The notes beneath the pieces are model-generated. The model searched no databases. It saw only the letters and a list, made by a program, of their open reading frames with translations, and was not told where the DNA came from. From Actinomycetota bacterium (lineage in GTDB: Bacteria; Actinomycetota; Acidimicrobiia; Acidimicrobiales; Ilumatobacteraceae): a stretch of DNA of 64,000 nt. The translations under genes were made by a program, and so were the position numbers. Positions within the stretch are counted from its first letter, which is position 1. The number at the start of each line of letters is the position of its first letter. Location: the NCBI GenBank assembly GCA_009702755.1, contig WLHL01000002.1, positions 27,613 through 91,612 on the forward strand, written 5' to 3'. This document shows positions 18,078 through 26,326 of this stretch, piece by piece.

Positions 18078-18830
18078 ATGGCTCCGCTCGATACTTCAGA
18101 TTCTGCAGACATTTCTTCTGCAGCATTGCCAGGAACTGGCAGAGCGCAGCGCCGTGTACGGCGAGTCATTCGGCCAGTACTGAATAGCTTCTGGAAAGTC
18201 ACTCTCGAGGGATTAGAAAACATCCCCACTGAAGGTCCAGCAATTCTGTGTCCGAATCACATCAGTTTCTTCGACTCGGTTTTCACGATGGTGTACGCCG
18301 GACGACAGATCAGTTTCGTTGGCAAAGCCGAGTACATGGATTCATGGAAAACGAAACATCTGTTTCCTGCATTAGGAATGATTCCGATTGATCGCGCGGG
18401 TGGTTCAAAAAGTGAAGGTGCATTGATTGCGGCAGAGAATGTTCTTCGCAGGGGAGAACTGTTCGGAATTTATCCAGAAGGAACCCGCAGTCGAGACGGA
18501 GTTTTGTATAAAGGCCACACCGGTGCGGCACGACTTGCAGTGAAACTCGGGTGTCCAATTATTCCGGTGGGCATCATCGGTACACGAGAGATTCAACCTC
18601 CCGACAAATTCCTGCCGAAAGTTGGCCTGCAGTGCACCGTGAAATTCGGTCAGCCAATTCTTCCGCAGCGCTATCTCGACCGTGGTGACGATCACCTCGT
18701 CTTGCGAGAGTTGACCGACGAATTGATGTTTGAGATTCGAGAATTAACGGGCCAGGAGTACAAAAACGTCTACGCCACCAAGAAGGCGGAGTCCTTGCCG
18801 ACGGAGCAAGCGGTCATTACAGCCTCATAA
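18078..18830 (+). CDS. plsC: 1-acyl-sn-glycerol-3-phosphate acyltransferase (PlsC family)
   Basis: The HX4D motif is NHISFFDS, and the YPEGTRS motif is present. Confidence 0.88.
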   Translation: MAPLDTSDSADISSAALPGTGRAQRRVRRVIRPVLNSFWKVTLEGLENIPTEGPAILCPNHISFFDSVFTMVYAGRQISFVGKAEYMDSWKTKHLFPALGMIPIDRAGGSKSEGALIAAENVLRRGELFGIYPEGTRSRDGVLYKGHTGAARLAVKLGCPIIPVGIIGTREIQPPDKFLPKVGLQCTVKFGQPILPQRYLDRGDDHLVLRELTDELMFEIRELTGQEYKNVYATKKAESLPTEQAVITAS

Positions 18831-18874
18831 TGAGGGGGTTCTCGCCCCAACCCACTCCGTAGAATGGGGTCCTC

Positions 18875-20851
18875 ATGGCTGATATCTCCGTACTCCTTCC
18901 GGACGGGTCCTCCCGTTCGTTGCCACAGGGCTCCAACGTTGCTGATTTGGCGGCATCCATCGGCTCTCGTTTGGCCAAGGCTGCTGTCGCAGGCACCATT
19001 AACGGCGTCGAAGTCGACCTCAGTGCTCCTCTGACAAATGGCGTCACGGTGTCTGTGATTACGGACAACAGCGACGAGGGTCGTCACGTGTTGCGCCACT
19101 CCACCGCGCATGTTCTTGCACAAGCTGTCGTTCAGTTATTTCCCGGAGCGCAGTTCTCAATTGGGCCGGCAATCGAAGATGGTTTCTATTACGACTTTGA
19201 GTTGCCCGGCGGACGCACGTTCTCTGATGATGATCTCGCTGCGATTGAAACACGGATGCGCGAGATCATGAAGGCCAGCCAGCCGTTTGTTCGTTCTGAG
19301 ATGTCTGCAGCTGAGGCATTGGTTCTCTTCTCTTCACAGAAGTACAAGTGCGAGATCATCGAACGTGTGACCTCAGGTGCTGCCGACGGCAGTGACGCCG
19401 CTGAAGTGGGCGATAGCGACACCATCAGTGTGTATCGAAACACAGATGAGTTTGTCGACCTCTGTCGCGGGCCCCATGTGCCGACAACGGCAAAACTTGG
19501 TCACTTTGCACTGATGAAAGTTGCAGGCGCGTATTGGCGTGGCAATGAAAAGGGTCCGATGCTGCAGCGCATCTATGGCACCGCGTGGGAATCCGATGCG
19601 GCAGTCAAAGAACATCTTCATCGATTGGAAGAAGCAGGCAAGCGTGATCATCGCCGTCTGGCGAATGAACTAGATCTCTTGTCATTCCCCACAGAATTGG
19701 GCGGCGGACTCGCTGTTTGGCATCCGAAGGGTGCGATTGTTCGCAAACTGATGGAGGACTACAGCCGCCAGCGCCATCAAGACGGTGATTACCAATTCGT
19801 GTACACGCCACATCTTGCGAATGCGAATCTCTTTGCACAGTCCGGCCACCTTGACTTCTATGCAGACGGTATGTACCCGCCGATGGAAATGGACAACGGC
19901 ACGTACTACATGAAGCCGATGAACTGTCCGATGCACTGTCTCATTTTCAACAGTCGTCAACGCAGTTATCGCGAGTTGCCACTTCGTCTCTTTGAGCTCG
20001 GAAATGTGTATCGATATGAGCGTGCGGGCACATTGCATGGACTCTTGCGTATTCGAGGCTTTACGCAAGACGACAGCCATATCTATTGCACCGAAGAGCA
20101 GATGGCAGATGAAATCGCTTCTCTTCTCGACTTCATCATGTCGGTACTTCGCCGGTTTGGGTTTGAAGACTTTGAATTCAATCTGTCGACTCGTGATCCT
20201 GACAAATCAGTGGGATCCGATGAGATTTGGGAGAAGGCCACTGCTGCACTGAAAGAGGCGCTTGATCGTCACGGAGTGCAGTACAAGATGAAGGAAGGCG
20301 ATGCCGCCTTCTATGGTCCGAAGATCGATATCGATGTTCGTGACGCAATCGGAAGAAAGTGGCAGTTGAGCACGATTCAATGCGACTTCAACCTTCCAGA
20401 ACGTTTCGGCCTTGAGTACATCGGGTCAGACGGTGCTCGTCATCGTCCGATCATGTTGCATCGTGCTCTGTTCGGTTCCATTGAGCGATTCTTCGGAGTT
20501 CTCATCGAGCATTACGCCGGTGCTTTTCCCACGTGGCTGTCACCAGAACAAGTTCGTGTTCTGCCAGTTGCTTTGGCACATGACGCTTATGCGCAACAGG
20601 TTGTTGCTCAATTGAAAGCCGCAGGACTGCGCGTTGACATTGATCATGCTGATGAACAATTGGGTAAGCGCATTCGCAATGCAAAGACAAGCAAGGTGCC
20701 TTATGTTCTTGTCGTCGGAGATGACGATGTCGCCAACGGGTCTGTTGGTGTGAACCCGCGTGGTGGCGAAGTAGAGCGTGATGTCAAGGTCACTGAGTTC
20801 CTGGCACGTATTGCGCACGAAGTTGCTGAAGGGCAATCAGGCGGACAATAA
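18875..20851 (+). CDS. thrS: Threonine--tRNA ligase
   Basis: 658 aa with a TGS domain N-terminus, the HSTAHVLAQA editing-domain motif and a class II core (FRGFTQDDSHIY). Confidence 0.97.
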   Translation: MADISVLLPDGSSRSLPQGSNVADLAASIGSRLAKAAVAGTINGVEVDLSAPLTNGVTVSVITDNSDEGRHVLRHSTAHVLAQAVVQLFPGAQFSIGPAIEDGFYYDFELPGGRTFSDDDLAAIETRMREIMKASQPFVRSEMSAAEALVLFSSQKYKCEIIERVTSGAADGSDAAEVGDSDTISVYRNTDEFVDLCRGPHVPTTAKLGHFALMKVAGAYWRGNEKGPMLQRIYGTAWESDAAVKEHLHRLEEAGKRDHRRLANELDLLSFPTELGGGLAVWHPKGAIVRKLMEDYSRQRHQDGDYQFVYTPHLANANLFAQSGHLDFYADGMYPPMEMDNGTYYMKPMNCPMHCLIFNSRQRSYRELPLRLFELGNVYRYERAGTLHGLLRIRGFTQDDSHIYCTEEQMADEIASLLDFIMSVLRRFGFEDFEFNLSTRDPDKSVGSDEIWEKATAALKEALDRHGVQYKMKEGDAAFYGPKIDIDVRDAIGRKWQLSTIQCDFNLPERFGLEYIGSDGARHRPIMLHRALFGSIERFFGVLIEHYAGAFPTWLSPEQVRVLPVALAHDAYAQQVVAQLKAAGLRVDIDHADEQLGKRIRNAKTSKVPYVLVVGDDDVANGSVGVNPRGGEVERDVKVTEFLARIAHEVAEGQSGGQ

Positions 20852-21364
20852 ATGTCGCTCGATCAATTATGGAATGGGTGGCGAGCCCAGTATGTGGGGC
20901 AGGGGACTGCCGAGACATCAGATGACTCGCAATCTGTCTTCACGCGCATTCTGAACTCTCAGATGTCTGATGAAGAGACACATATTGTTCATCGTTCCGA
21001 GCATTCCTTTGTCATCCTGAATGCGTATCCGTACGCCTCGGGACATCTCCTGGTATTGCCATTTCGCGAAGTTGCACATCTCGAAGATCTCGAAATTGAT
21101 GAAGCCCGTGATCTGTGGGCAAACGTCACGAATGCAACGGTGGCACTAAAGAAGTCGCATACGCCTGATGCATTGAACGTAGGAATCAACCTCGGAGCAG
21201 CTGCAGGTGGCAGTATTGCTCGTCACCTTCATGTGCACGTTGTTCCCCGATGGAATGGGGATTCAAACTTCATGACATCGGTGGCAGATACTCGCACCAT
21301 TCCAGAACCACTCTCGCTCACGGCATCAAAAGTTCGTGCTGCATGGCCCAAGGGGGACCAATGA
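20852..21364 (+). CDS. HIT-family protein (Ap4A phosphorylase-like, position of Rv2613c)
   Basis: The histidine triad is RHLHVHVVPRW. It follows thrS immediately, 1 nt after the stop. Confidence 0.88.
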   Translation: MSLDQLWNGWRAQYVGQGTAETSDDSQSVFTRILNSQMSDEETHIVHRSEHSFVILNAYPYASGHLLVLPFREVAHLEDLEIDEARDLWANVTNATVALKKSHTPDALNVGINLGAAAGGSIARHLHVHVVPRWNGDSNFMTSVADTRTIPEPLSLTASKVRAAWPKGDQ

Positions 21365-21867
21365 CCGACGATATTCGTGACGAACTTCCTGAAGATTTGA
21401 ATGCGGTTGACAATGTCGCCGCTTATGACTTTCCGGACAACAGCCGCCGACGTATCCCTGGCATTCTGTACGGCGTTGTTGCTCTCCTGTGCTTACTTGC
21501 CTGGCAACTCGGCACATCGAATGATTCAGTCTTGGTGAACCGTGGATTGTTGTTTGGTGCGTGTCTTCTCGGGGCAATGGCAATTATCAGCTTTAGTAGT
21601 GGCTGGCGGATGACAATTGATGAATCTGAAGCCCTTGTTCGAGCCACTCGAAAAGTCGGATTCCCTGTGGGTCATGCTTCGGCTCAGCAGGTATGGCGTG
21701 GTCTGCGTAGTCGCCCCACATGGCGCATCTTTTGCTACAGCGTGGAAGAGCCACCTCGTCAGCGTGGATTAGTGCTGGTGGATGCAGTGAACGGAGACAT
21801 TGTTGAATGTCTCGTTGAAGCAAACCCCGATGCCGAATCCGCTCCCGAGTCGTCTTCGCAGGACTAG
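21361..21867 (+). CDS. Hypothetical membrane protein (two predicted TM helices)
   Basis: The ATG at 21361 forms an ATGA overlap with the HIT stop. The ORF track starts at 21250, inside the HIT gene. Hydrophobic stretches are ILYGVVALLCLLAWQL and LLFGACLLGAMAIISF. Confidence 0.65.
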   Translation: MTDDIRDELPEDLNAVDNVAAYDFPDNSRRRIPGILYGVVALLCLLAWQLGTSNDSVLVNRGLLFGACLLGAMAIISFSSGWRMTIDESEALVRATRKVGFPVGHASAQQVWRGLRSRPTWRIFCYSVEEPPRQRGLVLVDAVNGDIVECLVEANPDAESAPESSSQD

Positions 21868-21877
21868 CGTTCACCCA

Positions 21878-22582
21878 ATGTTTGATGGCAGATTCAGAAC
21901 GCCTATTGAAAAGGCTGTACGTCCCGTGGGCATGTTGTTGCGCCGCACCGGCATGTCTCCTGACCATCTCACCGTTCTCGGCATCCTTTTTGCCATTGCT
22001 GCAGCCTTTGCGATTGGTAATGGCGCGTTACAGGGTGGCCTTGCTTTAGTCATTCTTGCTGCCTTGCCCGACATGTTGGACGGAGCGTTAGCAAAGGCTT
22101 CGAATACTGCGAGTCAGCGCGGTGCTTTCTTTGACTCCGTTGTCGATCGTGTAACCGACTCTGTCCTTTTCGGTGGAGTCGCATGGTTTTTCGCATCGGA
22201 GAAGTCGCCTCATCTGGCACTTTTGCCGATGGCCATCATGGGTGTGTCGTCACTGATCTCGTATGAGCGAGCAAAGGCCGAGGCACTGGGTCTCTATGCC
22301 AAGGGCGGCCTGATGGAGCGTGCAGAACGAATCATCGTTTTGTGTATTGGTCTTTTGTTCGACTCGCTTCTTGTCCCCATTTTGTGGATCATGCTCGCAT
22401 TGACGGTGATCACTGCAATTCAGCGATTTGTTCAGGTGTGGCGTCAAGCGGAAGTCTCCTCGACGACTCAAGCAAAGAGAGATGTCCGCACAGTTCGACG
22501 TATGTCTCGTCAAAGTGCTCGTGCATCACGACGCCAACTGTCGGTCGTGTCGCGACAGCGCAAGCGTCAACGTAATGGCTAG
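21878..22582 (+). CDS. pgsA: CDP-alcohol phosphatidyltransferase (phosphatidylinositol-phosphate synthase, PgsA1-like)
   Basis: The motif DGALAK...GAFFDSVVDRVTD matches DGx2ARx8Gx3Dx3D. The ATG at 21878 is the first start after the upstream stop. Position is as for Rv2612c. Confidence 0.88.
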   Translation: MFDGRFRTPIEKAVRPVGMLLRRTGMSPDHLTVLGILFAIAAAFAIGNGALQGGLALVILAALPDMLDGALAKASNTASQRGAFFDSVVDRVTDSVLFGGVAWFFASEKSPHLALLPMAIMGVSSLISYERAKAEALGLYAKGGLMERAERIIVLCIGLLFDSLLVPILWIMLALTVITAIQRFVQVWRQAEVSSTTQAKRDVRTVRRMSRQSARASRRQLSVVSRQRKRQRNG

Positions 22583-23495
22583 TCCCTTTGACGAGCTCAC
22601 TGACTCGTTGACAGTGAGTGGGTACAAATTGGGTTCACTCATTGCCAGAGTGACTCCAGGACCTGTCGCGCAAGGTGCAGCGGCGTTGCTTGCTCCAGGA
22701 ATCGCATTGTCGTTACGCAGTAAGCGACTCATGGTGGAACGTCACCTGCAACGTGTGAATCCTGCTCTCAAAGGCTTGTCGTTGCGCCGTGCATCGCAAC
22801 AGGCCTTCGACAGCTACATGAGGTATTACACGGAGAGTTTCCGCTTACCGAATCTGTCAAAGAAACATGTTGATCGCTGTTTCAGCGCTGATGGCTTCCA
22901 CCACATTGAAGAAGCGTTGGAGAAAGGTAATGGCGCAATTCTTGCGTTACCGCATCTCGGAGGCTGGGAGTGGGCAGGACGATGGATGGCTGATCGTGGT
23001 CATCGCATGACTGTGATTGTGGAGCCACTGAATCCACCAGAGTTGTTTGAGTGGTTTACAAAACTGCGAAGCGACTTGGGAATGAATGTTGTTCCACTTG
23101 GTCCTGCTGCGGCCCCTGCAATTCTTGGTGCGCTCAAGCGCAATGAAATTGTTTGTTTGTTGTCAGACAGAGACATTCAAGGCGGCGGCATCGAAGTGGA
23201 TTTCTTTGGGGAGAAGACAACTCTTCCCGCTGGACCAGCGATGTTAGGAATCAGAGGGAACACAGCAGTGCTTCCAGTTGCAACCTATTTCACGAGTTCC
23301 GTGGATGGTCACCATGCTGTGATTCGTCCGCCGTTACCGCTGGATAGAGAAGGAAAACTTCGCACTGCGATTACCGCCGGAACACAAGCACTCGCCGTGG
23401 AACTAGAAGGCTTGATTCGTCGTGCTCCGGAACAATGGCATTTGTTTCAGCCGAATTGGCCAAGCGACCCTGGCTACGGCGACCAATTCGTTTAA
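22575..23495 (+). CDS. LpxL/HtrB-family lysophospholipid acyltransferase (PIM acyltransferase, Rv2611c-like)
   Basis: The ATG at 22575 overlaps the pgsA stop by 8 nt. Segments include LPHLGGWEW and SDRDI.GGG..V.FFG. It sits between pgsA and (after the ars insert) pimA. Confidence 0.85.
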   Translation: MASPFDELTDSLTVSGYKLGSLIARVTPGPVAQGAAALLAPGIALSLRSKRLMVERHLQRVNPALKGLSLRRASQQAFDSYMRYYTESFRLPNLSKKHVDRCFSADGFHHIEEALEKGNGAILALPHLGGWEWAGRWMADRGHRMTVIVEPLNPPELFEWFTKLRSDLGMNVVPLGPAAAPAILGALKRNEIVCLLSDRDIQGGGIEVDFFGEKTTLPAGPAMLGIRGNTAVLPVATYFTSSVDGHHAVIRPPLPLDREGKLRTAITAGTQALAVELEGLIRRAPEQWHLFQPNWPSDPGYGDQFV

Positions 23496-23830
23496 CGAGA
23501 GAGAAATCCCTGTGCACTGGTGAGCGCATCTGGCACAACTGAATACCAGAGCCATGTCCCTTCGCGGCGAGATTCCACGAGTCCTGCTTCGCGAAGCACC
23601 TTGAGATGGTGACTAATCGTTGGTTGGCTGCGTTCGAGTGGCTCAACAAGATCGCATGAGCACACTCCATTGCTTCCGGCACGCCATACGAGATCAAATA
23701 GGCGTAGTCGCACTGGGTCGGAGAGTGCGGCAAAACCAACGGCTAGTTCTTCTGCCGAAGAATCCGTTAACGGTCTCTTGGACAGGGGAATCGACTTTGC
23801 AGATGCCATGCCTCCACCATACATTGACAA
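23492..23830 (-). CDS. arsR: ArsR/SmtB-family metalloregulator
   Basis: The wHTH reads LSDPVRLRLFDLV...VCSCDLVEPLERSQPTISHHLKVLREAGLV, with a CxC metalloid site. The start is uncertain: TTG 23830, ATG 23824 or ATG 23809. Its stop overlaps the acyltransferase stop in TTAA (23492-23495). Confidence 0.9.
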   Translation of the reverse strand: MSMYGGGMASAKSIPLSKRPLTDSSAEELAVGFAALSDPVRLRLFDLVWRAGSNGVCSCDLVEPLERSQPTISHHLKVLREAGLVESRREGTWLWYSVVPDALTSAQGFLSR

Positions 23831-23852
23831 CCATCAATGTGCTGGATATATT
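23821..23852 (+). promoter_or_regulatory. Near-consensus promoter for the arsI operon, overlapped by a palindromic operator
   Basis: TTGACA (23824-23829), a 17-nt spacer, then TATATT (23847-23852). The inverted repeat ACATTGA-N6-TCAATGT (23821-23840) covers the -35 box and the spacer. All elements are read directly from the sequence. Confidence 0.55.
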
Positions 23853-23915
23853 GACGATCATCTAATTATCTGATGTGCGCGCATTGTGATGCTCGCTCAT
23901 CGAAGAGGAGTCCCC

Positions 23916-24362
23916 ATGTCACGCGTTCAGCTTGCACTCAATGTCGGCAATATAGAAGAAGCGATTTCTTTCTACAGCAAGATGTTTGGTGTCGGACCAG
24001 CAAAAGTGCGTGAAGGATACGCCAATTTCTCCATTGAGAACCCACCACTCAAGCTGGTTCTGATTGAAGGTCATGGTGACGCTGGCACGTTAAACCATGT
24101 GGGCGTTGAAGTCGAAGACACCGAGCAGGTGGCAGCAAAGATGGAACATGCAGTCAATGTGGGATTACCAATTGAGATGCAAGAGAGCACCACATGTTGT
24201 TTCGCAGTGCAAGACAAAGTGTGGATTAAGGGCGGGGAGTTGCCATGGGAGTGGTACACAGTCTTGGCTGACGCTCCGCAAGACACATCGCTCAAGCCCA
24301 TGCCCATCATGCTGGGTGTTCCTGATACCGGCAGTTGCTGCGGACCTGAGGGTTGCAGTTGA
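23916..24362 (+). CDS. arsI: ArsI/CadI-type VOC (glyoxalase-fold) protein, probable C-As lyase
   Basis: GGAG lies upstream of the ATG at 23916. MSRVQLALNV...PPLKLVLIEG...LNHVGVEVE...TTCCFAVQDKVWI carries the vicinal Cys pair diagnostic of ArsI. From memory it resembles Thermomonospora ArsI closely. Confidence 0.8.
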   Translation: MSRVQLALNVGNIEEAISFYSKMFGVGPAKVREGYANFSIENPPLKLVLIEGHGDAGTLNHVGVEVEDTEQVAAKMEHAVNVGLPIEMQESTTCCFAVQDKVWIKGGELPWEWYTVLADAPQDTSLKPMPIMLGVPDTGSCCGPEGCS

Positions 24363-25018
24363 ATTCACGTCGCTTCGCTGCGGAGTTCTTGGGCACTGCT
24401 CTTTTGGTGATGTCGGTCGTGGGCTCGGGCATCATGGCCCAAAACCTCACATCAGATGTAGGAGTGCAGTTGCTTGCTAATGCAATTGCAACGGGTGGTG
24501 CACTGTTTGGACTCATCACCATTTTCGGGCCCATCTCTGGCGCTTCCTTTAACCCTGTTGTCACAGTCGTCGGACATTTCCTTGATGGCAAGTCATCGTG
24601 GTCCTCAGTGGCATCCGACATTGTTGCGCAGTTTTCTGGCGCCGTCGTTGGGTGCGTTATCGCAAATGTGATGTTTGCCCATCCGTTTATTGAAAAGTCA
24701 ATGAAGATTCGCGAGGGTGGTCCCACGTGGTTCTCAGAAGTCGTGGCAACGGTCGGACTCTTGTTGATTATCTGGGGTGGCACACATGCGCGTGCAAATG
24801 TTGCCGCTCTTGTTGCTGCGTGGATCACTGGTGCGTACTGGTTTACTTCGTCAACAAGTATCGCGAACCCTGCAGTGGGCTTTGGTCGTATGTTCTCAGA
24901 TTCCTTTGCAGGAATCGCGCCTCAGTCGTGGCCAATGTTTGCTCTTATGCAAATCATCGGTGGGCTTGTTGGCTTTGTCCTCATCACAACGTTGTGGCCA
25001 TCGAAAGGTACTGACTAA
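24353..25018 (+). CDS. MIP-family channel (aquaglyceroporin, AqpS-like arsenite channel)
   Basis: Six hydrophobic segments and two NPx boxes (SGASFNPVVT and IANPAVGFG). The TTG start overlaps the arsI stop. Confidence 0.85.
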   Translation: MQLNSRRFAAEFLGTALLVMSVVGSGIMAQNLTSDVGVQLLANAIATGGALFGLITIFGPISGASFNPVVTVVGHFLDGKSSWSSVASDIVAQFSGAVVGCVIANVMFAHPFIEKSMKIREGGPTWFSEVVATVGLLLIIWGGTHARANVAALVAAWITGAYWFTSSTSIANPAVGFGRMFSDSFAGIAPQSWPMFALMQIIGGLVGFVLITTLWPSKGTD

Positions 25019-25404
25019 TGCCCGGAGTTCTTTTCCTGTGCATTCATAATGCTGGTCGCTCGCAGATGGCTGCGGGTTTTGCCCGCAGTCTTTCCGGCGA
25101 CAAAGTACTGATTCTCTCTGGTGGTTCTGAACCAGCGGAACATGTGAATCCCGTTGCAATCGAAGTGATGAACGAAGTGGGCATTGATATTGCGGGCTAT
25201 GTCCCACAGAAATTCAACGATGAACTTCTCAAGTCGGTGGACGTCATTGTCACGATGGGCTGTGGAGACACATGTCCGTATATCCCTGGCAAGAAATATA
25301 TTGACTGGCCACTGGACGACCCGAAAGGTCAGCCGCTTGATGTTGTGAGACGAATCCGTGATGAGATTCGATCACACGTCGAAGAACTGTTGTCTCAGTT
25401 GTAG
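25018..25404 (+). CDS. arsC: Arsenate reductase, low-molecular-weight phosphatase family
   Basis: The CX5R(S/T) P-loop is VLFLCIHNAGRSQMA. A later Cys pair (GCGDTCPY) is typical of thiol-coupled ArsC. A TAATG overlap couples it to the channel gene. Confidence 0.9.
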   Translation: MPGVLFLCIHNAGRSQMAAGFARSLSGDKVLILSGGSEPAEHVNPVAIEVMNEVGIDIAGYVPQKFNDELLKSVDVIVTMGCGDTCPYIPGKKYIDWPLDDPKGQPLDVVRRIRDEIRSHVEELLSQL

Positions 25405-26309
25405 GTTTCGAACAGTTCGGCAATTGCTTTTGCCTGGCCGCCTGTTGTCGAAGACATCACCGCAATGGGCATGACGCCTGCGTTGGCCCAATCGGCAAGA
25501 CGTTCACGAACATGAGATGTTGACCCGCTGATGGTGCAGTCATCAAGCCATTCGTTTGTCATGAGTCCGGTCAGTGCTTCTTTGTTGCCAGCGTTGAGTG
25601 CTTCCTCGATGGAATCCATTTCGTCGTTGTATCCAGCAGCGCGCCAGTAGTTGCGGTAGTTCGGCAGTGAGACGTATCCGGTGAGAGTGCGACGGTTGAT
25701 AGCGCGTGCAGCTTCGATGTCGTCGTCGATGACTGTCGGGATCATGTTGGAGAGGAAGAAATCATCCCTGACTGCTGTCGGTACTTCTCCGAGTTGTGTT
25801 GCCATGTGGCTGAGGGATGCGTTTGCCCAAATTGCGCCCTCTGAGATTTCGCTTGCAAGCTCCAGCATCTTGTTGCGCAGAGTGGCCAAATAGATCGGGG
25901 GAAGTTGACCACCAAAACGCTCATTCGTGCGCATTGCTGCTACGTAGTTCTTGATGTCGGACAATGGCTTTCCAGTCTCAACGCCGAGACGCTGAGTGAC
26001 GGGACCATGGCTGACGCCGATGCCATAGCGGAATCGCCCATTCGACATTTCGTTGATATGGGCAACTGTGTTCGCAGCTTCCACTGGGTGGCTGTAGTAA
26101 ATCGGCTGGATCGAGGTCCAGTAGTTGATGCGCGATGTCACGTGCGCCAATGAGACGCAGAGCCCCATGGTGCCGCCAAGGCTGGGGCATGCAAGACCGC
26201 TGAATCCACGGTTTTCGGCCTCGACGGCTAAATCGAGGATGGCGCGACGCTTATTTGGTGTCGCGACAACGGAGAGGGCGGGACGGAAGGACTTATCAAC
26301 CTGAGTCAT
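25395..26309 (-). CDS. LLM-class (luciferase-like) flavin/F420-dependent oxidoreductase
   Basis: 304 aa with a TIM-barrel LLM pattern (RGFSGL.., GRFRYGIGVSHGP). Its 3' end overlaps the arsC 3' end by 10 nt (convergent). Confidence 0.8.
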   Translation of the reverse strand: MTQVDKSFRPALSVVATPNKRRAILDLAVEAENRGFSGLACPSLGGTMGLCVSLAHVTSRINYWTSIQPIYYSHPVEAANTVAHINEMSNGRFRYGIGVSHGPVTQRLGVETGKPLSDIKNYVAAMRTNERFGGQLPPIYLATLRNKMLELASEISEGAIWANASLSHMATQLGEVPTAVRDDFFLSNMIPTVIDDDIEAARAINRRTLTGYVSLPNYRNYWRAAGYNDEMDSIEEALNAGNKEALTGLMTNEWLDDCTISGSTSHVRERLADWANAGVMPIAVMSSTTGGQAKAIAELFETYN

Positions 26310-26326
26310 TCCCGTAACCTAGTCGC

